64,000 nucleotides of DNA, taken from contig ML978127.1 in assembly GCA_010015805.1 (NCBI GenBank), positions 682,001-746,000 on the forward strand, in the 5' to 3' direction. The position numbers and the translations under genes were made by a program. This document shows positions 1 through 11,863 of this stretch, piece by piece. This DNA is from Rhizodiscina lignyota. Lineage: Eukaryota. Position 1 is the stretch's first letter. Every line of letters begins with the position of its first letter. Under the pieces are notes generated by a model, which was not told the DNA's origin, made no database searches, and saw nothing but the letters and a program-made list of their open reading frames with translations.

Positions 1-304
1 CCTATACACATCTTCAATAACCAAGGATATTTAAGAGTGTCTTGACTGGAACAATCTCACGTAGAAGAGTGCGCTCTTGACTTTCTCCAATGATATCCAA
101 AGTAATGTTTAGATCTTTCATCGACTAAGGCATTTGCTAAACAATGGTCAACATGAACTAAACAATGCCGCCTTCCGGCCGTGATGCAGGAACGGCACTC
201 AGACGCAATCCCATTGCATGAGAGGACGGAAGTGCCCCCAAACAAAGACCTTGAACTCCATCGCTATGCTTTAAGCCCGAACCATGTACTCGTACCCCCG
301 TCCC

Positions 305-1310
305 TTACCACATATCATCCATTTCTGCCATGGCATCCATCTCATCAGCAAATTCGTCCTCCTGGACTCTACCTTGTTGTGCATCCGAAGTTGCGGCCCC
401 ATTGCCAAACAGGCTGCTGTGATGGGTTGTGCCAGCGTCCTTGTTTGCGCTTTCTGCGAGTAGGGCATCTAATTCGTCATCATCTGGCTGCTCTACGGGT
501 TCTGGACGTTCTGAGCTGGCGCCATTCGCCCCGATACGTCCTTCGCTGCCACTTTCAGCCCCACTGTCGCCTGCGGTTGAGCGAGAGGGGTTTTCTGGTT
601 GGGCCGTTTGTTTGTTTCCAGTAGGCTCCGATGCCGCTGTCTCAGAAGCAGCTGGGTTCATGTCGTCTCCCTGCTGCTCCTCATCCTCTTGTTCTGTGGC
701 CTGAACTTTCGGCTTGCCCTCGTCAATCCATTCCTTTCGCATCATCTGCATGCGTTTGGTGTGACCAAGCTTCTCAAGCATTGCAAGACCATCGGCGAAC
801 TTGGCGCGGGGGTACAGGTCATCGAGCCACAGCTGATACAGGCTAAGGAGTTTCTGCACATCTGAGAACTGTACACGTAGCATAGTTAGCTCCTGCTGAA
901 TGTGCCGCACAGGAAGAGTTGGATGGCTACCTCGTGGCCCTTGCCGCGGAATTTCAAGTTCTTTTTCGCCGTCTGTCGCAACTTGGATATGCCTTTATCG
1001 GAAAGAAGCCTGATGGGAATTGTGAGCGGCTCTTCTAAAATGTTTTGCACCGTTGCGGATTTGACACTTACCGCGTCTCATCAAGCTTCGCTACAGGTGC
1101 TCTTCGCTTTGTGACTGTGATTTCTTCATCTATACCCAGGCCGCCTGCGCTCTGGTTGAAAGATCCTGTTTGCCCTACAGAGTCTCTCGAAGTGCCGTTA
1201 TTTGTAGTCGTTGTAGTCGTATTGAAAACATCGTCCATGCTGGTGTCGTACGTGAAGAGATCGTCGAGGGCGTCATTCTCGCGACGTGGAGCGCTTTGTA
1301 CTTCGGCCAT
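305..1310 (-). CDS. CSM3: Replication fork protection complex subunit Csm3/Swi3 (3 exons; introns ~1011-1071 and ~869-930)
   Basis: Spliced product KRRAPVAKLDETRLLSDKGISKLR...[43 protein letters not shown] is the Swi3/Csm3 domain; GTAAG/GTAG donors and a CTAAC branch site are present. Confidence 0.92.
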
Positions 1311-1421
1311 TTTTCCGTTGCCGACAAACGTAGAAGAGAAGGCTGGTAGAGCCTAAGGGGAATGAGATTTTCGGACTGGAGCAACTTTGGCATTTATCTT
1401 GTCGCGTGTCGCGACTGGAGG

Positions 1422-1683
1422 ACGCGTTCGTGATGCGCTAGCCGTATGCGGCTAAACCTTAATTGAACGACTATTATAGATCGCCAAGCCTCTCTGCAAG
1501 CACCCCTGCTTGCCTGTCCTTAACTTTTCTCAATAGGACAATGGAGCCGTAGAACAACACAACCTCTCGCATAAGGCTCTTCGCACTTTGTCCGCATACG
1601 ATCGCTGCCTCATCTCACTCCGGAGATCTAAAGCTGGCATTCGCAGGTCGCGATCTTTGGAGCCATATACTTTTCGGACGCGT
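1422..1683. promoter_or_regulatory. Two MluI cell-cycle boxes (ACGCGT at 1422-1427 and 1678-1683) in the divergent CSM3/THOC1 promoter
   Basis: Exact ACGCGT hexamers plus nearby CGCG cores (1401-1415) upstream of a replication gene. Confidence 0.5.
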
Positions 1684-1760
1684 CTTTAATCTACACCTTC
1701 GCTCCGCCCGTGTCACGCGCCAGGATTGACAAGCACATTTCGAAACGAGATCGAGCAGAC

Positions 1761-4075
1761 ATGGGCGCCATGGCGATGGCACCGTTCCTTCCGGAGGACA
1801 GCATGGTCGCTCGAATCGATGCTCTTTTAGAGCGGGCTCGCGTTTGGAAAGCGTCATCCTCAGTAGATCTTCCGCTACCTGTTCTGGAGTTCTCCGGCGC
1901 AAAAGGTCTTCCTCTTGAGGATCCCAAGGTTAGCGCACAAGTGCACAATGGGTGCGTTGAAGTTGCCGCACGACAGGTCTTCCAAAGAATTGCGGTATTT
2001 CACCCTTCTGGCCTGATACATTGGACAAAACCTGACATTTCAAAAGGCTTCCGCTGATATACATGACCCTGCGTTCGCTGATGTTTGGAACCTGTTCGAC
2101 ATTGTGAACATTTGTGGCGATCATGGTACGGTTACCTGCTGTATTGTCATATCACATCTACTGATGATGCTAATTGGAACAGGGCAATGTGATTCTGTTC
2201 TCGTCTGGCAACTGATTGAAGAGCTCTTGGAAGTCGAGAGCATCGATGGTTGCCGGATCGCCTTCGACTATCTCGATTCGCGCAGAGAACGCTTGACCGC
2301 AGTATGCTCACCTTACTCAAAGAATTGGGAGCAGGTACTAACCTCTTTTAAGAAAAACTTCAAGGCCAAGCAGTTGATCATTCTTCGATCTTGCAACGAG
2401 TTGCTCCGCCGGCTTTCGCGTGCAGAAGATACCGTTTTTTGTGGGCGGGTATACATCTTCCTTTTCCAAAGCTTTCCTCTCGGTGACAAAAGCTCCGTCA
2501 ATCTTCGAGGAGAGTTTCACACGGAGAATGTCACGACCTTCGAGGAGGAGCCTCCTGCCGCTTCTAACAATGAAGTCAAGTCGGACGAAAACGAACCGCA
2601 AGATACCTTGATGGCAGACTCCGATAAACCTGCGACTGCAGACACCGTTACTATTACCATTTCTGATGGAGACAAGACATCTACTGAGAGTGCCAAGGAA
2701 GAAATGAAAGAAGTCACTAGTGAACAACTCTACCCAATTTTCTGGACACTGCAAAAGGCATTCTCAAACCCGCCGAGGATCTTCAGTGACGAGAATTTAT
2801 CGGAGTTCAAGTCCGGGCTTGACGCGACGCTTGCGATGTTCAAAAAGGTACCCAGAGTGATCCAAGCGACATCGTCCGACGAGAAGAGAGGCGTGAAGCG
2901 CAAGGCCGGTGAAGCTTTCGATGAGATCGCCGGCGCATACAACCCCAAATATCTCACCAGTCGAGAATTGTTCACTTTGGAGGTACGTTTTTTTCTTCTC
3001 AATGAACTTTATGGCTGCTAATGCAACGGTAGTTGAGCGATCTTGCCTTCCAAAGACATATCCTCGTCCAAGCCCTGATTCTTCTCGACTTCCTCCTTTC
3101 ACTATCCGAGAAAGCCAAGGAGGATACTACCAATCTGACCATCCAGAAAGCCCTGCAATATCCATTCACTCTTAGTGAACAGGACGTACGTGATTAAAGA
3201 TATTCAGTCTTTGGGGTCGCAGCTAACGATACTTATAGGCGGATTGGGCAACAAAGATGCGCACTGCCATTGCGGGCTATTTACAGGATGGTCCGGAAGG
3301 CAAGTTCTACTATCGTATGGTGGATACAGTCCTTTCGCGGGACCAGAACTGGGTTCGTTGGAAGATGGAGAACTGCCCACCAATCTCAAAGCCTCCGGTG
3401 GTGGCACAAGAGTTTGTTACAGCCAAGGTAGAGGCCCGCAAAGCCTTCAGCGTCCCTCGAAAACGCTCAGCACCCATGGGAACTCTTGACCTAGCTTTCC
3501 TTGCGAACAATGCAAAAGTGTCATCACTTCAAGGCCTTGAGAAGTCAGAACGGTAAGACAGACTCCATGAAGCCCCTTCCATTGCTCATGTCCCTGCCTC
3601 GCTTCAGAATAATATATGCGTTATAGTATCTTGGCGTAGTCGGGTATTTGGGCTGCTCTCGGCATGCTACATCAATGATCTTCCTGGAAATTACTAATAC
3701 TTTCGATGCAGGTACAATATACCAACGACGGAATCTGTACTTAGAGACATTGACACCGACGTTCTCGATCTCGACATGGCAACAACGGATGACGAAAAGA
3801 ATTTGTTGGAACATGCTATGCAGAACAAAACTTGGCGGCTACTTCGTTGCATGGCAAAGGAGAAATTACGGTTGTTCAACTCAGCGGACGATGGCAAAAA
3901 CATGAAAGTGTTCTTGGAGAATGAGGGCCAATCAGCTTCGGATACCCTAGTAGAGGGAGGGGAGGTTATGCCCGCGACAGATGGGACAGAGCACATGGCA
4001 ACAGATGATCATCCTGAGTCTGTCCTGGAACCACCGTTGCAAACGGAGGAAGCTGAAACATCGGCGACAAAATAG
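1761..4075 (+). CDS. HPR1: THO complex subunit 1 (Hpr1/THOC1), 7 exons
   Basis: LIILRSCNELLRRLSRAEDTVFCGRVYIFLFQSFPLGDKSSVNLRGEFH, YNPKYLTSRELFTLELSDLAFQRHILVQALI and FYYRMVDTVLSRDQNWVRWKMENCP are THOC1 signature blocks; six GT-AG introns give one continuous frame. Confidence 0.92.
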
Positions 4076-7000
4076 TCTATACCTCGACAAATAACATGCG
4101 AAGGTCCTCTACACCCCACGACCAAATGAACGTGGCGAGAAAGCGATAAACGATAAAGCCTCAACTGACTTAGCTTCAGCTCGAGCCGACCTGTAACTCG
4201 ACAGCCGTTGGAGGAGAAATGTACCTTCCTCAAATTCAGCTAGATCAACGAGACAGCCAATTCGGCCACAATGCGATTCTGGGCAGTTACATGCTGCAGT
4301 GGATGATTTCGCTCATCCGGTTTAATATTGCAACAACTTTCGTCCGTGCAACCGAGAAAATCTCAAGTTTGTATCGTGACGATCAGCTTCTCGAATGTGG
4401 ATCCCCTTGCAAGGAAGAACACCTTGCCCCTACTGGAGAGAAATATAGCGCCACATTTTGCACGCTGTCAGAGGGAGCATTTGCTAAACGGCTATCGCTG
4501 GAGACCATCGTTTCCGGCATCTACATCCTTGTCGACACGATGGCATCCGCCACTTTCAAGTGCAGATCGCATGTGCAACAAAGCTGGCCGACCGTTGCGC
4601 TCCTTCAGCCTTGCCGAGATCGAGGCGAGATGATATTTCCCAACTATTTGGATCTCATCAGAACGGAGTGGTGACCTTCATCGAGTTGTTTTCGGTTGTA
4701 ATTGAGCCTAGCAAACCGAAATTGCGGGTGTGTGATAGTCGCCGGGATTCCTCTTACCGCGCCGCAATTCTGGTCGAACGCAGAGTACGTGCCACTTTCA
4801 GAATAGGGAACGAGTCACCCCATCGTTTAAAAGACGATGTCGCATCATCAAGCTGCGATGTTCCTTTCATCCCGTGCTCGGACAAGCCTCGGAAGTTCAT
4901 TGACTTGGTCACAAGCTGTTCTGCAGATGTTCTTGGGGGATTCGAAAACTCGAAACCACCATCGCATCAAACGCTAGTGATGCACCCGACACCCCTCCTG
5001 CCGCCTGCATGTGAGCGGTTTTTGTCTTGGCGCGGCCGCCGTCGACGATAGCTTGTGCTGCAGGGACTACGATACGGCTACAGGCTGTGGCTGTACGTGT
5101 AGATCCGAACCGTTAGGACCCACTCCCACTGTCACTTCGATGTCGCTTGCAATAATAGTGCCTCTGGTTTACTTATCGAAGATTTTTGTCATGTAACATT
5201 ACTAAGTCAAGGAACCTTTCTTTCTCCCCGAATAGACAGCGCATAAACCAACTCAACCCCTTCTACTCCATACCTCGTAGCATTAATCGAGTTGACCGGC
5301 ATCGACGGCCAGCTGTAGCAGACTTGGTCAGATTCGACATTTTAAGTACTCCTTAGCTTTGCCGCGGGTGGAAGTCAAGCTCCCTAGCATCCTATTGGCT
5401 CTCTCCTTTCACAGCTCCATTGCGTGCATCGTCACCCCTTGTCGGGGATCTCCAGCATTGCTGCCAGGAAGGCACTGCTTTACAAGCTGCGAGGATGACT
5501 ACGACAAGTGCATGCGTGCCCAATTACAATGAATGCTCCCCTCTCGAGCTGCCTGTTGTGCCATGATTCACGTCTCGGTTCGTTGGATACGATGGAGAAG
5601 TCGCTGACAGTTCAACGTTGGCAGACCTAGGTACCAAATGCCGTAGCGCATCTCCACCTCGACGATGCAATCTCGCGTTCGCCTTCGCCCGCCGCAGTGC
5701 GCTCGTCTCATGTCTATCGTCCGACGGCCAGTCACTGACCGTTCCAGCAGCAACATGTCCGTGGCACCCACGTGCATCCAGCTTCTAGAAGCGCACTGCT
5801 CCCCATTCCGGTGCGGGCCGAGGTGGAATGGCGGTAGCTTCTCGATCTCCCATCCTTTGACGCTGCACGTCAAGTCTACTGCATTTCGCCCCATTCGAAG
5901 TGGCTGGCGGGCAATTATAGCCTACAGCTGTAGCCCCGGCTGTACTGTTCCTGCAAGTGTGCATACTTTCCTACACGGTTCTCATGCATGTTGCGTAAGC
6001 TTGCTATTACGCCGTTCTATGGACCTCTTAGTTCGTCTCGTGAATAACTTGAGCGGAGCGGCTCCTTTCACACAGGTTTTGGCTACCAAAGACACCTCAT
6101 GAGCAGATGGTCCATTTTTGGCAGATTTGAATTTGCCTACAGTAGTACTGCTTGAAACGGGCCTTTTAATATACAACGTGGATGAAGCAGGCAGGTCGAG
6201 AAGGCGGGGGCGCCAGGAACGGGGTGTCAGAACGTACAAGGGCAGATCCTTTGCTGTCTGAGCGCAGCTTGGCGGCGAGTAGCGACAGGCATTACTCGTC
6301 CATGAGACTCCATGTCAATCCATCCTTCCCGCTGACAACGCCCCGCCGGCATATCGCCGCACACCTGCAATAACCTGGCCACTCTGAACCACCAACGTCG
6401 TACCTAACCTACGGCTCGCCAATCGCGCTCACTCCCGTTGGCCTCATGTCGCTAGCAATGGGTCAGGCGTCATCGTCGGCAAGCCTGCCATCGTCGCCCA
6501 TGGCCGCCGTGGTCGGTGCTTGTGAACCAGGCTCCTTCGACGAGCCCATCTCAATGTATCCTTGACCTTCATCGGTCAACCGATCTTCTGAGGACTTACT
6601 CACAACATGGATATCCATTTGTCAATCCGTGCCCCAGTTTCGGTGTCGCCAACCTGTTCCACATCTTAGGCCAGAAGTCGCAAGACCGACCATCCCTGAA
6701 GAGTTCCTGTGGCCGTTCGTCCGCCACCTACAATGGGCGTAGTCAGGTCAGTATAGTGCAACAACCCGTCCTTGATCCTCGAAGACATCAGAAAGTTTTA
6801 TCCAAGCCCTACGCAAATCTCGGAATCTCCTGTGTCGAGGCGGGTCGGCTCTGGAAAAATTTGTGCTCATTTCGTCAAGATTGAGATTTATACTAGCCCC
6901 GGCCCACATCGAACATCTCATCCTTTCCCGCGCCAATTATGACAGCCACAGAACTTCTTTTACCTCCCACCATTTGCACTTTTTAGGTTCTTTTGAAATG

Positions 7001-7670
7001 TCAATTTGACACTTTTGGGGGGTTGCTGTTGACATTTTCGTTCTCGATTACCTTTAGCGGTCTTCTCTTGCGATATTCGTCTCGACGTTGAGGCATCCGC
7101 AATTACATTGGTCGGCTGTTCCTCCAATACTTAGATACCCTGTTTTACCCTGCTGATCCAAGCAATCTTCCCCAAATTGGCATCGGGAAGTACGGAATTG
7201 CACATTTATCAAGAGTCCTGTTTTCTCCAGTTCAAACGGACGCAACTCTTCTGCTCCCTTTTCTGGGCAGCTCCGGAGCTGTTCTGTGCCTCACCTGACC
7301 CCTCGCGCTCGCTCACATGCAATCTCCCCGCACGTCCACTCCCTGGACACACTCTTAGACAAACTCGGCATCTGTTTGACATTTCCATCTCGCGGTGGAG
7401 AAAAACACTTGCGTTAGCGCAGCTGCAACTACCACGCCCACTTTTGGCCTCAATTCTGTCACTACTTCCCGCCTTCCGTCGACTTGTCACATCCGTTCTT
7501 TTAGTGGTGTCCGTGACAGGCTATCATCTCACTATTCCTTCTAGTACCCATCGTAAGCCAAATCCCAGCCTATTGCTCACTGAACCTGCTGATCCTGGAG
7601 AACACAGGGATCTCGGAATATTTCTATCGCTTATATCGCTGCTAAATGCAGCGCCTACTTTGAGACTCAA

Positions 7671-9571
7671 ATGGTCGACCAAACTCAATTCATCCCACTT
7701 TCACCGCCATCCTCTCCGCGGATGTCTGGTACGGATCATCCAGATTGGCGAGACCATCAATCTAAACTGGACGAGATCATTGCGGATACCTCTAAAAACA
7801 ATATGGCACTGGTTGACAGCAGCATGCCTGGTCTTGCCCTCGATATGCAACGGCATCCGATGCTCCGCTCTCACAAGACTTTCCCCAATTCTCTAAGGAG
7901 CTCAGGTGTACCCTTTCAAAAACCGCATACACCAGACAATAGTACTGGGCCTTCGCCAAACCTACAGGCAGAGAATGGAGGAGTTGCCAATATTGGGAAT
8001 GTGCTAGCGACAGAGTTACCAACGGTCTCGTTTGGTGGATCTGCTCCTGCGAGTCCAATCTCCAATTTGACGCCACCTTCTGACAAGCAAGAGCATCCAG
8101 ATGAAAGTCAGGATCTTAACGGCCTTGACGTATCTGCCGATAGCGCTGAAGAAGATGAGTTCGGGGAGAATGGGAGGCCCTTGACAGCTGCAGAGCTGCG
8201 CGCACAGAAGCGGAAGATGAAGAGGTTCAGGCACGTCCTCCAGGCCATCTCTCTTTACATCCGACTAACAACGGCGGTAATAGACTCACACACAATCAAA
8301 CACGGTTCCTCATGAGCGAATTCGCTCGCCAAGCGCATCCTGACGCTGCGCATCGCGAGAGGCTCTCCCGCGAAATTCCAGGACTCAGCCCTCGGCAGGT
8401 CCAGGTCTGGTTTCAAAATCGGTAAGAAAGAAATTGCTGCCTACATTTGTTTCACAAAACATTTACTAAGCCTGGCAACTAGTCGCGCAAAGCTGAAGCG
8501 ACTAACGAGCGACGATCGAGAGCGAATGATGAGGTCGAGGGCTCTGCCAGAGGATTTCGACATGACACAAGCCCTCCACTCTCCATTCGGTTCGGCCGCA
8601 CACACGATGGGCACTCCCTTGACGTCACCGAATAATTACACACATGCGTTTCCAGAAGGCAATATGATACGCCCATTAAACTTGGAAGGGCTGCGACGAA
8701 ACTCGGAAACTGCTCACATGTCTCCCACCGGCATCACCCCAGCTTTTGGCAGTTTCAACTTTACACCACCACAGTCTGTCGCAGAAACCCTCTCGCCGTC
8801 CTCCACCCATGGAGAAAGTTCCGCATACAATTACACACCTGTCGAGCATGGCAGTCCGCGCCGCAACCATCCGTTCGGCTCCTTCGGCTCGTCCTCGCCC
8901 TATGCCTCACACCCCCACTACCCTCGCCTGCAGTTACAGGACCGTCTGGGACGCTCGCGATCCGAATCTCTTTCATCGCCACTGCGGACAAGTGTCTCCT
9001 ATGCTGGGAGGAACCCACACAGCCTGTCTGAAGAGACCCCACTCAACAGCCCCTCAATGAGCGTAGCTCCCTTACATGCTTCGCAAAGAAGTGACAGCAA
9101 TGCGGTTCCGTATGGGCTTGGCTACAACTGTACGTTTCACACCTGCCAACCTTTTAGTGACATCGCTAACACCCTACGCCAGACCCTAGCATTCCTGGTT
9201 TTCAGGCGGCTTCGCGAATGCGATCATACTCTGCCGGGATACCTCGTCGGATTGATCTAAATGGTCATACATACCGTCATTCCAACCGTCCGTCACTCTC
9301 TTCTGCGGTCACTGCAGCTCCCCAAACAGCCACGTTTCCAAATTATGCCTCCTCTCCGCTCGCACCACCGCACAGCTACGCTCCTCTAATGAGCGCACCG
9401 CACCACGTTACCAGCTTCCAGCAGTCTTACCTCAGGCCTCAAACTTCTTGTGCAAGTGCAACCAGCGGAAGCTTCCCTAACGTGGTTATTAGTGGCGTGG
9501 ACCCAGTCGAGAGCAGCATTGCAACTTCTGGACCGCCTACCGGGTTGGGTATCCACACAGATTACGAATGA
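7671..9571 (+). CDS. Homeobox transcription factor (introns 8231-8283 GC-AG, 8422-8482, 9130-9182)
   Basis: Spliced homeodomain KRKMKRFRLTHNQTRFLMSEFARQAHPDAAHRERLSREIPGLSPRQVQVWFQNRRAKLKR with helix-3 WFQNRR; S/P-rich flanks; 3.6-kb upstream intergenic region. Confidence 0.93.
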
Positions 9572-10586
9572 ACGACAAATTTAAAAACAAGTCCGAGTTT
9601 ACGGCTCCATGATTGTACGAGGAATGGTGGAATTCAAAAGTTGGATATGGGTTGGTTTGGGCACAGCGTGGGACAAGCAAGACGCTCTGGAGCGCCTGCT
9701 GATGCAATTTCACTCGCCGCTCTTTATGTTTGCTCAAGTATGCTGTGCATATTATGGGACAGCTGCGTATGTCTGTAATCGTTCTTGCGTCTACGTTCAC
9801 AATTATCTGCGTCTCATTCTCTTTTTTGCTTGAAATCATCATGACAGATTGTCGACTGCTTTTTTGGACGTTCCCGCAAATCGGATTCTCGGCATCGTCT
9901 TTCCGTTTAAATTTCCGCGATCTCAACGGCACCAGGGTGGAACGGGCGGTTTCACGGATCTCCGCTGGCTCGGCAGATCAGAGACGTGCGCAGAACTGCG
10001 AGATGAGGCTTGCGGTCGAGGAAGCCGAGATTTCGGATCTGCAGGCGCAAATGAAGAGAGTGTGGTCGAAATGAAGGACCGAGGAGGTTGGTCGGAAAGT
10101 TTGGCATCGGAAGAGAGAGGAAGGATAACCGCAGGGCTGACCTCATCAGCTTCCGACGATGATATGATACCCCCTTTTTTACTTCGTGTATATTGTAGCG
10201 ACTAGCAATACATAAAGCCTTCTACGGCTGTTTTGGAGACAGCAGGCCCCTGGCTCGTGTTCGCCCACGCTAAATAGTAACACTGCGTGCAAGCACGTAA
10301 CGTTGCCTGTGCCGCGTTCTCTATATCCATCCATGACATCTCCTCTGGTACGGCAGTGAGACGGCCATTCACGGAGGCAGTCGGCATCTCCCAAAAGCTC
10401 TTAACCACTCATCGTGTTGGAACAGGCTAGGCTTGTCAACACATTTCTTTGTACGCCAGATACCTGATACCACTGTTAGCTGCGGTGACAAAAAAACATC
10501 CCGTAGCGAACGAGGAAAGATATGGGGAAGAAGAAAGAATGGCTCACCACCAATGCCTTGACAATTGCTTTATCCCCCCTCTATGC

Positions 10587-10835
10587 TTAGTTCAATGGAG
10601 CTATTCGACCCCTTCTGAGCTGCAGGTAGGCCACAACAATGCCAGCCAGAGTCAGGACGACAGCGAGGACTCCGAAGATAATGTTAAGCTCCGTTGACAT
10701 ATCCATGTCATTGCTATTCGTCGAGTTGCTCGGTGTAGGCGAGAGGGTCGCAGGGCTTGTGTACCTCTGTACAGTTGTCGTCGAGATGTTGTAATGGGCA
10801 AGGCTGTCGCCGGAACGTGTCGTAAAGGGGGCCAT
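10587..10835 (-). CDS. Small (82 aa) single-pass membrane protein with a S/T-rich N-terminus
   Basis: MAPFTT...STELNIIFGVLAVVLTLAGIVVAYLQLRRGR: hydrophobic helix followed by basic residues; N-x-S/T sequons upstream; TATATA-like element ~110 bp upstream. Confidence 0.5.
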   Translation of the reverse strand: MAPFTTRSGDSLAHYNISTTTVQRYTSPATLSPTPSNSTNSNDMDMSTELNIIFGVLAVVLTLAGIVVAYLQLRRGRIAPLN

Positions 10836-11863
10836 AGCAGGTACGAAGCTTGTGGAAACTGACAAGGTGCAATTTAAAGCAATTCGACGAGCTCTAGAGC
10901 ACAAAGATATTGTGAGGCATTGGGGACGCGAACATCTTCGCACTATATATCTCCTCACCGGCCATGGCAGTGCAGTGACTCTGACGGCAACGCTTCAAGT
11001 CTGACGGCGACGCTTCAAAGGTTGACAGCAATGGAGCCAGGGACTCAGCGGCAAAGACGAAAGGCAGCGTAGATGTGAGATGGGTAGCAAGCAAATGTTT
11101 ACTACTTACTTCCGAGGCGACTGATGCGCTGCCATTCTCTACAGCTTCCATCTCTAGTCCGACGCGGAATGATCGTCAGCAAACCGAGACAGGGCATTCG
11201 CACCAGCAGTCGCGAGAGGAACAAGAGGAGTATAAGGCACGCGTAATACCCCCAGCGCTCATAAGGCTACGGCAGCGCATGTCTAAATCTTGGAGGAAGG
11301 GTGCTAACTAGTGATACCAGGAGCGGCTTCAAGAAGCGTACACGAACAAAGGGCAGCGCAGATGGAGCGCCGAAAGGAACGAGGCTGCACATGATCTCCA
11401 CACTGCCGCTCGCGCGTGTAAGTGTGGAAATATCGACATTGGAAAGCGGCGGCGAAGAGCGGAAAGGGGAGGAGAGCTGGCAGCGCACGGAGGCAGTGCA
11501 AGGGCAGCGAGCGTAAAGCCGGTGCCTAGGCTGTCCAATCAATCAGAAGGTGGGCCACTCTGGTTCCAACCCTCGCTGTCACTGATGAGTGAGCTGCGCC
11601 TCTCCCAAAATCGGCTTCTATCTCGCTCTCTCTTCCGCTACGCTGCCTGCTGCACTGCCGCTGCCCTGATATTCGGTGACCATGCACCTCTACAGTGGCT
11701 TCCATCATATAATGGAGCGAGCCGTGAAGTTCTGGTCCTCAAGGTTCGGAACCCCTCCAGGCGAACCACCAGACACGGCAACCATCATGCGCACCTAAAT
11801 TGCTGCGAGGACGTGTGTATATGCGGAAACAAAGTCTCTGGAAAATCATTGGATGCTGCTATC

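Noticed and set aside
3552..3710. Longer (~159 nt) last intron of the THOC1 gene as a snoRNA host or stwintron
   Set aside because: No paired C/D or H/ACA boxes and no nested donor reconstitution found
4219..7600. Several 100-240 aa ORFs upstream of the homeobox gene
   Set aside because: No recognisable motifs and mostly non-ATG starts; more consistent with a long regulatory region or 5' UTR
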